Numbered from the stretch's first letter, positions 46,414 through 57,019 are shown. The stretch is DNA of 64,000 nt from Nitrospinaceae bacterium (GCA_965223665.1 OZ245011.1:2944001-3008000); one strand, 5' to 3'. Made by a program: numbers and translations. Notes: generated from the letters alone by a model not told the origin.

Positions 46414-47229
46414 TTGAAAGCTTTAGCGAAATTTTGCTTAATTTTGGGTTTTTTGACATTTTGTGGCTGTGATCGAGATCTAAAAGAACATAAAGTTCCT
46501 CCAGCAACTCTAAAAAAACTTGAACGACAATATGATCCTGCTCTTAAGGAAAAAGAAATTTCTGGCGTCATAACCCTTGAAAACGCGCAAGTTCCTCCCC
46601 CAGAGGGTTCAATGTTATTTTTATTTGTCCGACCGGAGGGGGTAAATTCAGGTCCCCCATTGGCGGCGAAGCGAATTGGCTATTTTGAATTTCCCTACGA
46701 GTTCGCTATAGGCCCCAAAGATATAATGATGCCAGGAGCTCAGTTTGAAGGCAGTTTAAGTGTGACTGCAAGGTTAGACCACGATGGGGATGCCAAAGCA
46801 CGTCCCGGAGATCTGTTAGGAAAGATAATTGCCAAACCTGGAGAAAAGGATGTAAGGATAGTTTTGAACCAGTCTGTTGAGGTGAGGGGCCAAACCATTT
46901 CTGGAACTCTTAAAATTGATAAATCCGTTGAAGCTAAAGTTCCGCCAAATGCTGTATTGTTTATCATTGCTAAGAAAAAAGGTCCAAGAGGAACACCTCC
47001 TATTGCGGTTCAGCGCATGGCCGACGTCCAATTTCCTTTGAAATTTTCCATCGGACAAAAAGATGTGATGATGCCGAACGCTGAGTTTGATGGGGAAATC
47101 TTGCTAATGGCTCGTTTAGACCAGGATGGAAGTGCGATGGGACAACCTGGAGATGTTGAAGGGGTTCTTTCTTCTCAAGCCGGGGAAAAAAATGTGGTGT
47201 TAACTTTGAATCGCGTGGTTGGGGAATAG
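46414..47229 (+). CDS. Putative lipoprotein with two tandem CcmI/CycH C-terminal-like domains
   Basis: Lipobox-like FCGC; duplicated unit LF(L/I)x(V/A)x...PP(L/I)A...FP..F.IG.KD.MMP.A.F.G.....ARLD.DG.A...PGD. Confidence 0.72.
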   Translation: MKALAKFCLILGFLTFCGCDRDLKEHKVPPATLKKLERQYDPALKEKEISGVITLENAQVPPPEGSMLFLFVRPEGVNSGPPLAAKRIGYFEFPYEFAIGPKDIMMPGAQFEGSLSVTARLDHDGDAKARPGDLLGKIIAKPGEKDVRIVLNQSVEVRGQTISGTLKIDKSVEAKVPPNAVLFIIAKKKGPRGTPPIAVQRMADVQFPLKFSIGQKDVMMPNAEFDGEILLMARLDQDGSAMGQPGDVEGVLSSQAGEKNVVLTLNRVVGE

Positions 47230-47283
47230 GTTCCTTAGTTGAATCAGGATGGGTGTCTTGGTACATCACTGAATTAATCGGCT

Positions 47284-48321
47284 TTATCCATTCGGAAGAC
47301 TTCTTTCGATCATAAACTTAACGTTATCATTTGCGTTAACATATTCGATTTTGATATTGGGATGTTGATTTTGAAATACGCGAAACACTTCATCGACAAA
47401 TCCCTGCCCCACCGATTTAACTCCTTTAAAGTCCAAACAAAGGTTTTTAAATTTTTCCAGGCTGAATAAAATTCTCTTGGCTTGCGAACGGGAAATAAAT
47501 TTGTCTTCTTCTAAATTACTGAGTTCTACAAGGACCTGTGTTTTGTCGAATAGGGGAGTCTCTGCATTAGTTTCTAAAGAGGAGTATTGGCGAAAAATGC
47601 TACCCAATGTTCTTATTGCGTGCATGTTAAGAGTGAAAGCTACGAGGGTGCCTTTATAAATTTCCTTTGTGGAATCGATAGTCCAGTCGTCATTTTCTCT
47701 TTGAAAGATGAGATCAAACGAACGAATAAGAAAAGTATCCACCGCGCGTGAAGTGAAAAAAATGCCTTCACCACTGTGCCGCTCGGGATCTGTCGTCAGT
47801 TTGCCTTTGGATAAATGTAAAATGCTTTCGCGTTGTGTTTCCAAGTTAAAATGAGTTTGAATTTTTCTGAAAATACCCATCCCATTATCTAGAATTTGCA
47901 ACCGCAGGTACTTCCCTTCCATTTTTGAAGTTACCGTGATGCGACTGCCTTCGGAGTGGTCGATGGCGTTATTAAATATTTCACCAAAAGCGTAGCAGCA
48001 AATATCAAAAACACTTTCAGAGTACAGGGACAAGGGCTTTGCAAAATGATCCTTCCATACCTGATCTTCTTTCAAGCCATAAGCTATTTCAAAGTGGATG
48101 ACTTTATCAAGGGAATTAGCTAGGTGGTACGATGCCGCGCGGGTTCGACCGGATTGAATAATTTTGTAGTCTCGCAGCAATCGGCTCAGGTGTCGATGCA
48201 CAGTGGTACGAGTGACGTTAAACTTTTGACCAGTCACGGTGACGATGTCTTTAGGATGTTCGGGTAGGGATTGCAAAATAAATTCTCGTATTTGCTTGGA
48301 GCGCGGCTCGGTTTCAAACAT
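47284..48321 (-). CDS. wHTH + HATPase + DUF4325 (STAS-like) protein, copy 1
   Basis: N-terminal HTH (TRTTVHRHL), EIFNNAIDHS, DNGMGIF, HSGEGIFFTSR, SRSQAKR and VGQGFVDEVFRVF. Confidence 0.85.
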   Translation of the reverse strand: MFETEPRSKQIREFILQSLPEHPKDIVTVTGQKFNVTRTTVHRHLSRLLRDYKIIQSGRTRAASYHLANSLDKVIHFEIAYGLKEDQVWKDHFAKPLSLYSESVFDICCYAFGEIFNNAIDHSEGSRITVTSKMEGKYLRLQILDNGMGIFRKIQTHFNLETQRESILHLSKGKLTTDPERHSGEGIFFTSRAVDTFLIRSFDLIFQRENDDWTIDSTKEIYKGTLVAFTLNMHAIRTLGSIFRQYSSLETNAETPLFDKTQVLVELSNLEEDKFISRSQAKRILFSLEKFKNLCLDFKGVKSVGQGFVDEVFRVFQNQHPNIKIEYVNANDNVKFMIERSLPNG

Positions 48322-49023
48322 TTGAAATTTAGCTGAGGGTTATCAGTGAATAAAGGCTTTAGAAACGGATTTTATTCCTTGACTCAAGATAAGCCTATGC
48401 AAAATCGTTAAAATTTACATAACCTTAAGAAATACAATACGTTGTTTTTTGCTAATTTAGAGGATTATAAATAGTTATAAAATAAATTACAACTAGTTAT
48501 AATAATATTTTATTTATAACGAAAAGCTGAAATTTTTATAACTACAAAATATGGCACCCAATTCATTTATTACCTACAAAATGTGGATTTTATGTACTTC
48601 ATCTAATTTCATGCTGAAATGCCTGGCCTTGGACGAATTTATGGTAAAAGTGGAAGAAATGATCAATTATTGAGGTTATTTCAGTGGTTGTGAATTTGTT
48701 TTTTATCAGAATTAAGGAAAATGGTGACGGGAAGTTCGCTCTATTGGGACTACATCTGATTTTCCAAATATTTAATATCTGTGGAATGGATTTTAAAAAG
48801 AATGTTTTTAGAGCTATTAGACTATCTTATAGATTAATAGCACAATAACTCATGTTGCCAACCGAGTGGGTGCCAACCCTAAGGAGGAAAGGGGAAAGGA
48901 TTTGTTACCTTTTTAACTAGGGATAGAAATGTTTGATTGAATTTGAACCCTATGAAAGAAGGAGAAATCTAGGATTATATTTTTCAAAAATGAATCTGGA
49001 AAAACAGCTTGGCACCATTTTTC

Positions 49024-49929
49024 TTAAGTGTTTTCATTCTTTCCGGTGAATAATCCTTTCAACCATTTCCAGGCAAAAATGACGGGGGCAATTAAAATAA
49101 ACCAAAACTTCTTAGCAAAAATGGCAATCATGGCCAATAACCCTGCTCCAACTTTGGCGGCGGCTTTACCTGTAATTAATTTATAAACTAAAGCACCTGC
49201 CCCTACAGCAGCAACAGTATCCACTCCTGGCATAAAATCAGCATAAGTTGATCCTTCTTTATATTGGTAAGCGGCCAATGTAGGTGAAAGAGTGGTTTCT
49301 GCATTGGAAAATTGATCCGATGACCCCACCCATATTATTTCTGTGTAACCTTTTCGCCCCAGTTTTAAAGCTTTTGCATTGACTATGGATTCGCCCAAAC
49401 TGGAATGGGCAGAAATAGCCCAATAAATTATTGCGTTTTTTTTATCCAAATAGGGTTCTTGAACCCATCCGTCTACAAATAGATCAGGGTAGCCTTCACC
49501 TTTTAACTTATTCGCTTCTTTAGTACTTTCCTTGATTTGCTCCAATAATTCGTTTTTATCAATATTTTGCTCCCAATCATCGGTTTTAACATAACCTATT
49601 TCTTGAAAGGTGTAATCCACTTGAGTGTCTTGGTTTGGACCTTGAATCCGAAAAACCACTGCATCGGGTTGAAATCCTTTATGGCCTTCCATAAGATACA
49701 TATATTCGTGTGCATCTTTTCCTTTGACGAGCCATTCATTTTGAGAAATGGTGATTGAAGCGTTGATATCCCCAAGTTCATAGTTACCGGGTTCTTTTTG
49801 CCAGTTCAATGCTCCAATTTTTTCTGCTAGGGAACCATCATCTAGAGCGTATGCCTTTCCGGAAAACAACCCCACAGAGAGTATTAACAAGAAAGCAACG
49901 AAACTTGAATTGAAAGGATTGTTTTTCAT
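49024..49929 (-). CDS. DUF2167 membrane-anchored protein
   Basis: Signal peptide; GYVKTDDW, GWVQEPYLD...IYWA, LGRKG, G..YADF..G.D.VA..G and a C-terminal TM with KKFW. Confidence 0.85.
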   Translation of the reverse strand: MKNNPFNSSFVAFLLILSVGLFSGKAYALDDGSLAEKIGALNWQKEPGNYELGDINASITISQNEWLVKGKDAHEYMYLMEGHKGFQPDAVVFRIQGPNQDTQVDYTFQEIGYVKTDDWEQNIDKNELLEQIKESTKEANKLKGEGYPDLFVDGWVQEPYLDKKNAIIYWAISAHSSLGESIVNAKALKLGRKGYTEIIWVGSSDQFSNAETTLSPTLAAYQYKEGSTYADFMPGVDTVAAVGAGALVYKLITGKAAAKVGAGLLAMIAIFAKKFWFILIAPVIFAWKWLKGLFTGKNENT

Positions 49930-50272
49930 GATACAAGCTCCTTGGTTGAAAAAACCAACCTTGTAATAAAAATTTTAATATTGAGTCATAATTTATAACT
50001 TACGAATAGATACATTTTAATTAAAAAATAGATAAAGTAAAATAGATATATTGTTCGGAATTTTTTATTTTTGAATCAAATCTGAATTATTTTGGTTGGT
50101 CAAGAATACTGTTATGCAAATAAATTGCAAATTTGTCGCTTTGAAGAACTAATCTTTAATCTGGTTTCCAAAATAATATTTTTTATGTGAAATGTAGAAC
50201 CTGAAGCCAATTTGAATATAAAATAAAAGAAATGGCTCCATCTTGTATAAAATGATCGAGGTTTCTTAATTT

Positions 50273-51043
50273 ATGAACCAAAAACTTACTTCTTCCCAAA
50301 TAAATACTATAGATGAGCGCAAACCTGGATATTGGGGGTTTTGGGCCACCGTTGGATTAAGCTTGCTCATCATTATTGCTAATATTGCCGTGAGTATCGT
50401 GATGGTTGTGATTTATTCAGGAGTTTTATTAGCGGAAGATCCAGATTTGGATATAGAAGCTTTAGGATCTGGTTTGGAGACGAATGGAATGTTTCTTTCG
50501 CTCTCTACCATTCCTTCCTGTATGATTTGTGTGGGGCTAATGCTTTTGTTTGTCAAAATTCGCAAAGACAATTCCATTCACAACTATTTCAAACTAACTC
50601 CCGTCTCCTCTAATGTATATTTTCAATGGGTGAGTATTTTTCTGTTATTTGAGTTTGGGGTGTTTGTCCTATTTTTGTTAATTAATCGTCCATCCATTCC
50701 ACCATTTATGGAAAAGGTTTATCTATCAGCGGGAAGTCTTCCCTTGTTATGGATAACGATCACGATAGCAGCACCAATTCTGGAAGAGTTTTTTTTCCGC
50801 GGATTTCTTTTTGAGGGGATATTGCATTCGCGGTTGGGTGCATTGGGGGCAATCAGTATCACTACCATTGTTTGGACAATAATTCATACTCAATATGAAA
50901 TACCTGAATTGGCAGTCATAGCTTCTATGGGTGTAGTACTGGGAATTGCAAAGATTAAAACACGGTCCCTTTATGTAACTTTGGTTCTACATTCTCTAGC
51001 CAATACTTTGGCAATGATCGAAGCTACCCTCCGATTATCGTAG
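50273..51043 (+). CDS. CPBP (CAAX/Abi) intramembrane metalloprotease
   Basis: APILEEFFFRG, WTIIH and LHSLAN motifs; multiple TM helices. Confidence 0.9.
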   Translation: MNQKLTSSQINTIDERKPGYWGFWATVGLSLLIIIANIAVSIVMVVIYSGVLLAEDPDLDIEALGSGLETNGMFLSLSTIPSCMICVGLMLLFVKIRKDNSIHNYFKLTPVSSNVYFQWVSIFLLFEFGVFVLFLLINRPSIPPFMEKVYLSAGSLPLLWITITIAAPILEEFFFRGFLFEGILHSRLGALGAISITTIVWTIIHTQYEIPELAVIASMGVVLGIAKIKTRSLYVTLVLHSLANTLAMIEATLRLS

Positions 51044-51163
51044 GATCCCTAAACCAACTTGCCAACCTCTTTGCTTTCAATAAAATTATTTTTGAAAAGT
51101 ATCTGTTAAAAACGTAGTGAACCGTGAAGAATAAATGAATTTTGCGAATTTGCGCTATACTAG

Positions 51164-51340
51164 CTATTCGTTTCCGAGGCCGAATAAGTCGTCTTGATAA
51201 AGTTCATCTAGGGCATTTTGATTTTCATTTGCGGGTTCCTTTTCTAAATCGATATCCAGCTGAGCCCATTTTTCTTTGATCCGGGTTTTGCTGAAATAAA
51301 AAGGACGTTTTGGGGTTGGAAATGAGACTTCTTCATTCAT
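51164..51340 (-). CDS. Small hypothetical protein (58 aa; not in the ORF track)
   Basis: MNEEVSFPTPKRPFYFSKTRIKEKWAQLDIDLEKEPANENQNALDELYQDDLFGLGNE*, with RBS GAGGA 6 nt upstream of the ATG. Confidence 0.5.
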   Translation of the reverse strand: MNEEVSFPTPKRPFYFSKTRIKEKWAQLDIDLEKEPANENQNALDELYQDDLFGLGNE

Positions 51341-51468
51341 GCTCTAATCCTCGCTTATTTAGTCTGGATGAAGTAATGACCTATGCCTATTATAGTCAAT
51401 AGGTCCCAGGAAAACGCAAATTTTTTTTAAGGGTGGACAAAAAAGGACACTTTTATGGGATGGATTAA

Positions 51469-52566
51469 TTACGAGGTTTTTTGATGTAAGGTGTGTTCAA
51501 TCATAAACTTAACATCATCATTGGCATTGGTGTACTTAATCTCGATCTGGGGGTACCTTGCCTGGAAAAGCCGAAACACCTCATCCACAAATCCTTGTGT
51601 AACAGAGTTTACATTTTTGAAGTCCACCAAAACATGTCGATATTTGTGAACCCCCTGCAATAACTTTTTCGCATTTTGCCTGTTACAACGGTTTAAAATT
51701 TCCTTAGAGCAGAGCTCTACCAAAATATGAATCTTATCGAAACGCGGGTCAGAGTCATCCACTAAAGTAGAATACTTTTTAAAAATTTCGGTGATTCGTC
51801 GTCGAGTGTTATAAGCAAGGGAAAGTGATACCGTAGTTCCTGTTAACTGGACTTGATGGGTTTCCAGGGTCCAATCATCTTGTCGATTATTACGGTAGAA
51901 ATGAATATTCCCGGATCGAAGCATAAACTGGTCAACGGCTCGGCTTGTAAAAAACAAACCCTGACCCCCATGTTTTTCCGGGGAGGTCGTAACTTTTTCG
52001 GTTGCCAATCGAATCACGCATTCTCTTTCATTTGAAAGGGATAAAGATTTCTGCATACAATCAAAAATACCAATCCCGTTATCCTGTATTTTTAAAGTCA
52101 ATTCGTCTTTTTCCCAAAGAGTTTGAATTTCTACTTCTGTTGCTTTGGAATGTTCCATTACGTTATTAAAGGTACGGGAAAACGCATAACGAAAAATCTC
52201 GTAAGCATATTTGGGTAATAAACAAAAAGTATCTTCTAAGTAATCAATCCATATTTGAGCTTCACTCAATTCGGGGAAAATATTTACTGAAAACTTTCTA
52301 TTGAGAGATGCCTTCAAAAAATACTGGGCGCTACTCGTGTTTCCAATTTTTATTATTTCCTTTTCATTAAGTAACCATTGCAAGTGCCGAAAAATAGTGG
52401 TTCTTGCTACCAGAAAATTGGAGGTCGCTAATGGAATGATTCCCTTGGGATGATCTGGGATATGTTGTAACAGAAAATCGCGAATGGCAGTGGGTTGATC
52501 TTTTTTGACCAATTGGCAAGGATGGATCAGAGAATCCTTTTCTTGTATCGGTGGATGACTTTTCAT
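51469..52566 (-). CDS. wHTH + HATPase + DUF4325 (STAS-like) protein, copy 2 (more divergent)
   Basis: Paralog of 47284..48321: ARTTIFRHL, RTFNNVMEHS, DNGIGIF, HGGQGLFFTSR and VTQGFVDEVFRLF. Confidence 0.85.
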   Translation of the reverse strand: MKSHPPIQEKDSLIHPCQLVKKDQPTAIRDFLLQHIPDHPKGIIPLATSNFLVARTTIFRHLQWLLNEKEIIKIGNTSSAQYFLKASLNRKFSVNIFPELSEAQIWIDYLEDTFCLLPKYAYEIFRYAFSRTFNNVMEHSKATEVEIQTLWEKDELTLKIQDNGIGIFDCMQKSLSLSNERECVIRLATEKVTTSPEKHGGQGLFFTSRAVDQFMLRSGNIHFYRNNRQDDWTLETHQVQLTGTTVSLSLAYNTRRRITEIFKKYSTLVDDSDPRFDKIHILVELCSKEILNRCNRQNAKKLLQGVHKYRHVLVDFKNVNSVTQGFVDEVFRLFQARYPQIEIKYTNANDDVKFMIEHTLHQKTS

Positions 52567-52712
52567 AATAGAAAGAAAATAATTGTTAATCTAACCTAGT
52601 TTAATAGGATTTGGAAGGAATTTGAAGGAGAAAATTCTTTGATTTCCAAATACTAAAATAGGAATTTGCAGGCTTTTATTTTGATTTTTTAACTAAAAAA
52701 ACAATGGTGAGT

Positions 52713-54251
52713 TTAGTAGGTTTTTTTGGGAACTTTGGGAGCCAGAATGGCGAGGATCGGAATAAATGCCAGGCAGAGATAACAAAAAATATCCCCAAAT
52801 TGAGCATATAAGGTTGGTCCGCTGGTGGTTGGCAGAATAGAAGTGACTAAATAGGCCTCAGTAAATATATCAGTCGTGGGTACAATTCTGCCCCAGGGGT
52901 CGATAGCCCCAGTAATACCGGTATTTGCAGCACGGACAATGGGAACACGATTTTCGACGGCCCGCAGGGCGGCCATACTAATATGTTGGTAGGAAGCCGC
53001 ACTTTTACCAAACCAGGCATCATTGGTAATATTCACCAGAAAATTCGCGCCATTAGAAACGGGTTGTCGAACTAAATCCGGGAAAGCAATTTCATAACAA
53101 ATGGAAATACCAAATTTATAAAGATTTTCAAAATCGAATACGACTCCCGCGTTTCCACGACCAAAATCCCCAATGCCTTCCACCATTTTATCCAGGAAAA
53201 ACAAAACTTTTCGAAATGGAATGAACTCGCCGAATGGAACGAGATGAATTTTGTCGTAACGTTTAGCTTTTGGTGAAGAGGGAGTTAGAAAATATGCACT
53301 GTTATAACTAATAGGAGTTTGGTTTTTCATTTTAAGAAAAGGACTACCAAAAACTAACGGTGTTTTTGTATCTTTGATAATTTGAGAAATATAAAGAAAA
53401 CCTTTTTCATCCCGCTCATAATAAAACGGTGTGACCGCTTCAGGCCAAACGATTAAATCCGGCTTATTCTTTAAAGAAGCCAATGTGAGATCCCTGTATT
53501 TTTCCATCACATCATTTTTGTATTTGGGATTCCACTTCATTTCTTGAGGAATGTTTCCTTGAATTAAGGCCACCTTAAGCGGGGAACCAAGATTGTGGAA
53601 AGATCTATCTAAGGAGAAATAGCCAAATCCCAAACAAGCTGCAAGGATTAACACCGTGGTGGTGACCACTCTCAATCGATATTGGTCCCAGGGTTTCTCC
53701 ATTGAAATGGCAGGACATAATATATAGAAACAACCCGCGTTAACCAAAACGATTAGTGCTGAGATTCCATAGACTCCCGTAAACTCGGCCATTTGTATTA
53801 TTGGTAAATTTTGAAATTGGGAGTAACCCAGGCCTTGCCATGAAAACCCATATTCAAGATGAGTGGAACGGATGTATTCCAGACCCGTCCAAATCAAAGG
53901 GGCCAGTATGAACCAATACACTGCATTTCCTTTGCTCAATAGATTTACCAAATAAGAAAATAAGCTAATATAAAAAGCTAGATAGACCGATAGAAGCAAC
54001 AAAATGAGCCAACTGATCACCATGGGGATGTTTCCATAGTTAACGAGAGTGTTGTTTATCCAGGAAAGACTAGTGACATAAAATACGGTTCCGGTAATGA
54101 ATCCACAACCTGCTGCTTTTTTAGGAGAGCTTCCATAAATACAGAAAAATAAAGGGATTAGGGCAACCCAACTGAGCCACTCAAAATTATATTTGGGAAA
54201 AGACAGTGAAAGCAAAATTCCACTGAGTGCAGATAAAATTAAAAATTTCAT
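52713..54251 (-). CDS. lnt: Apolipoprotein N-acyltransferase
   Basis: TM N-terminus, QGNIPQ, VWPE, YDKIHLVPFGE, ICYE, TNDAWFG and RAANTG. Confidence 0.96.
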   Translation of the reverse strand: MKFLILSALSGILLSLSFPKYNFEWLSWVALIPLFFCIYGSSPKKAAGCGFITGTVFYVTSLSWINNTLVNYGNIPMVISWLILLLLSVYLAFYISLFSYLVNLLSKGNAVYWFILAPLIWTGLEYIRSTHLEYGFSWQGLGYSQFQNLPIIQMAEFTGVYGISALIVLVNAGCFYILCPAISMEKPWDQYRLRVVTTTVLILAACLGFGYFSLDRSFHNLGSPLKVALIQGNIPQEMKWNPKYKNDVMEKYRDLTLASLKNKPDLIVWPEAVTPFYYERDEKGFLYISQIIKDTKTPLVFGSPFLKMKNQTPISYNSAYFLTPSSPKAKRYDKIHLVPFGEFIPFRKVLFFLDKMVEGIGDFGRGNAGVVFDFENLYKFGISICYEIAFPDLVRQPVSNGANFLVNITNDAWFGKSAASYQHISMAALRAVENRVPIVRAANTGITGAIDPWGRIVPTTDIFTEAYLVTSILPTTSGPTLYAQFGDIFCYLCLAFIPILAILAPKVPKKTY

Positions 54252-54333
54252 AGAGTTAGGAATAGTGTTCGCTTAATACGGCTAAATCCGATATAGTATA
54301 CAATTTGCGGAAAGAATTCTCAGGAAACTTATT

Positions 54334-54594
54334 GTGGCCTCACAAAAACAAATTTTAGAAAATTTTAAAAAGGTTTGCATTTGCCGTAGCATCACAGGTG
54401 GAACTATTTTAAAGGCCATGAAAGATGGACATCTCACGTTTGAATCTCTGCGCAGAAAAATAAATGTTGGTACCGGAAATTGTAATGCCAAACGTTGCCG
54501 CGAAAAAATTGAAGCCAAGCTTCGCGATTATAAAGCCTCCCTCCCAGAAAACCAAACAAACGATAACCCACCTGTTGCCAAAAAGATAAATTAA
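54334..54594 (+). CDS. BFD-like [2Fe-2S]-binding protein
   Basis: VCICRSIT...GTGNCNAKRC. Confidence 0.8.
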   Translation: MASQKQILENFKKVCICRSITGGTILKAMKDGHLTFESLRRKINVGTGNCNAKRCREKIEAKLRDYKASLPENQTNDNPPVAKKIN

Positions 54595-54674
54595 AATCGG
54601 CATCAATTATTTAAAAATATTTTCTACGATTTTACAAAAACATTTTTTTGTTTTTAAAGGTAGAATGATTCGCT

Positions 54675-55277
54675 ATGAAAATTAAATCCTGCATTTTAGT
54701 TTTAATATTATGGAATATATTTGTATTAGATCTCAGCGCTCAGGAAATTTCATATACCGATAAGTTTGTTCAAGCAGCCCTCAGGCGTACTCAAGAGCAA
54801 GTAGTTTATGATGGTCGTTATTTTACAATTCCGTATCCGGGTGGTGATGTTCCTGCTAATGTCGGAGTGTGTACCGATGTAATCATCCGCACTTATCGAG
54901 TTCTTGGAATTGATTTACAAAAAAGAGTGCATGAGGATATGAAATCCCATTTTGAACTTTACCCAAAAACCTGGGGATTGAAAAAACCGGATTCTAATAT
55001 TGATCATCGCCGAGTTCCCAACCTACAAGTGTTTTTTACTCGCAAGGGCCAGGCGCTTCCCATTTCAGGGAAAGGTAGCGATTATAAACCTGGTGATATT
55101 GTGACCTGGAATTTGTCAACCCAGAGAATTTTGCCTCATATTGGAATTGTTACGGATTTAAAATCTGAAAATAATAAGCGACCTTTAATAGTTCATAATA
55201 TTGGTCGCGGGCCGGAACTAGAAGATATGTTATTCGATTTCAAAATCACCGGGCACTATCGTTACTTAGAAAAGTAA
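54675..55277 (+). CDS. DUF1287 (YijF-like) exported protein
   Basis: YPGGDVP...GVCTDV, DSNIDHRRVPNL, HIGIV and HNIGRGP. Confidence 0.88.
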   Translation: MKIKSCILVLILWNIFVLDLSAQEISYTDKFVQAALRRTQEQVVYDGRYFTIPYPGGDVPANVGVCTDVIIRTYRVLGIDLQKRVHEDMKSHFELYPKTWGLKKPDSNIDHRRVPNLQVFFTRKGQALPISGKGSDYKPGDIVTWNLSTQRILPHIGIVTDLKSENNKRPLIVHNIGRGPELEDMLFDFKITGHYRYLEK

Positions 55278-55357
55278 AGATATCTAAATCGATTTTTGAG
55301 AAACGAATTTAGTGCATTGTTTGGTAGATTCTGAATTAAATCCCCCTTTCAACTTGG

Positions 55358-55795
55358 ATGTCTTCTCCAAGTTTCCAATCAGCCTTAAAGTTTATGACCG
55401 ACTTTAGAGAAGAAATTATTCGAAATGCTGCCATAATTAACCAACTTCATAAACACATACATTTTACCTTTCAATTTCGTTACGAAAGTGATGAAAAATA
55501 TGAGGAGTGGTCCGCGGCGTGTGAAAATTTCCGTGTCCAATATGACTTGCTTGCTTTTCCGGGGGGTTGGGACGGCGCGTTAATAAAGATCATTAAGGGC
55601 GATCCGGATGCCATGGAAGCGGCAATTTGTTTTTTGGAAATTCGACCTTATTTTTTTCAATCCGGTTACATGTTCAAAGACATTATAAGAAAAGCCAAAA
55701 AAGCTCCCCTATCTGAGAATCAACGCAAAAGATTTGAGACGGTGGTCAAAGCCTATAAGAAATATAGGGCTGCAAGAAATGCGGCGAAACATTAA
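55358..55795 (+). CDS. Hypothetical protein
   Basis: 145-aa ORF with protein-like composition (AICFLEIRPYFFQSGY). Confidence 0.65.
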   Translation: MSSPSFQSALKFMTDFREEIIRNAAIINQLHKHIHFTFQFRYESDEKYEEWSAACENFRVQYDLLAFPGGWDGALIKIIKGDPDAMEAAICFLEIRPYFFQSGYMFKDIIRKAKKAPLSENQRKRFETVVKAYKKYRAARNAAKH

Positions 55796-55822
55796 AATGT
55801 GGAAGTTTAATAAAAAAAAAGT

Positions 55823-57019
55823 CTAAAGAGATTTAAATGCCTGCTCTATTCTATCAAGTCCTTTTTCCAGGTTTTCCATAGAAGTAGCAAAGGAAAGTCG
55901 GGCATTATTATCTGCACCAAAAGCGACACCGGGAACGATTGCCACTTTAGCTTCTTCTAATAAATATGCGGCCGCATCAAGAGAACCTTTAATTGTTTTC
56001 CCATTCCATTCTTTGCCAAAACAACCCGAGATGTCCGGAAACGAATAAAATGAACCTACCGGTTGATAGCAGGACATTCCTTCGATTTCCTCATATCGTT
56101 TCATTACAAAATTTCTACGTTTTTGGAATTCTTGCACCATGGTTGCAATGACCTGAGGAGTCTCGTTTCCCGTCAGGGCTTCTATGCAAGCGGCTTGGGA
56201 AATAGAAGTGGGATTAGAAGTGGATTGACCCTGTAACTTGCCGACTGCTTTTGCAATTTCTGGTTCTGCTGCTAGGTAACCAATTCGCCATCCTGTCATG
56301 GCAAAACATTTGGATGCTCCGTTGATGACCACACTGTTGCGTTTTATCTCTTCATCTAAAGAAGCGATGCTTACATGTTCAAAATCATCGAATATGATTT
56401 TTTCATAAATTTCATCACTCACAATCAGCAGTTTATTTTTTAAGGCCACTTCTGCAAGTTGTTCTAGTTCTTGTTTAGAATAAGCGGATCCCGTCGGATT
56501 GGACGGGCTGTTAATGACTATCGCTCGAGTATTGGGTGTCACTGCTTCCTGCAATTGTTCCGGTGTCATTTTAAATCCGGAACTTTCATCCGTATTTAAG
56601 ATGACAGGTGTGGCATTGGATAAAGTCACCATATCCGGATACGAGACCCAATACGGTCCGGGAATAATCACTTCATCGCCCGTGTCCCACAACACCTGCG
56701 CCAAATTGTAAAATGAATGTTTCGCCCCGCAAGAAACTACGATTTGGTCTCGCTTGTAATCCAAATGGTTATCGGTTTTAAATTTATGGATGACGGCGTC
56801 TTTGAGAGCAAGGGTTCCCGTGACAACGGTGTAATACGTCTCATTGGCGTCAATCGCTTTTTTGGCAGCTTCCTTAATATTTTCAGGGGTGGAGAAATCC
56901 GGTTCACCCGCACCAAAGCCAATGACATCGATTCCCTGCGACCTCAGTTCGTTGGCCTTTGCGGTAATCGCAAGGGTCATTGAGGGTTGAACTTTCTGAA
57001 TTCGATTGGCAAATTTCAT
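55823..57019 (-). CDS. aspC: PLP-dependent aminotransferase class I/II (aspartate aminotransferase)
   Basis: GAGEPDF, GAKHS, PYWVSY, NSPSNPTG, SDEIYE and SKCFAMTGWRIG. Confidence 0.92.
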   Translation of the reverse strand: MKFANRIQKVQPSMTLAITAKANELRSQGIDVIGFGAGEPDFSTPENIKEAAKKAIDANETYYTVVTGTLALKDAVIHKFKTDNHLDYKRDQIVVSCGAKHSFYNLAQVLWDTGDEVIIPGPYWVSYPDMVTLSNATPVILNTDESSGFKMTPEQLQEAVTPNTRAIVINSPSNPTGSAYSKQELEQLAEVALKNKLLIVSDEIYEKIIFDDFEHVSIASLDEEIKRNSVVINGASKCFAMTGWRIGYLAAEPEIAKAVGKLQGQSTSNPTSISQAACIEALTGNETPQVIATMVQEFQKRRNFVMKRYEEIEGMSCYQPVGSFYSFPDISGCFGKEWNGKTIKGSLDAAAYLLEEAKVAIVPGVAFGADNNARLSFATSMENLEKGLDRIEQAFKSL

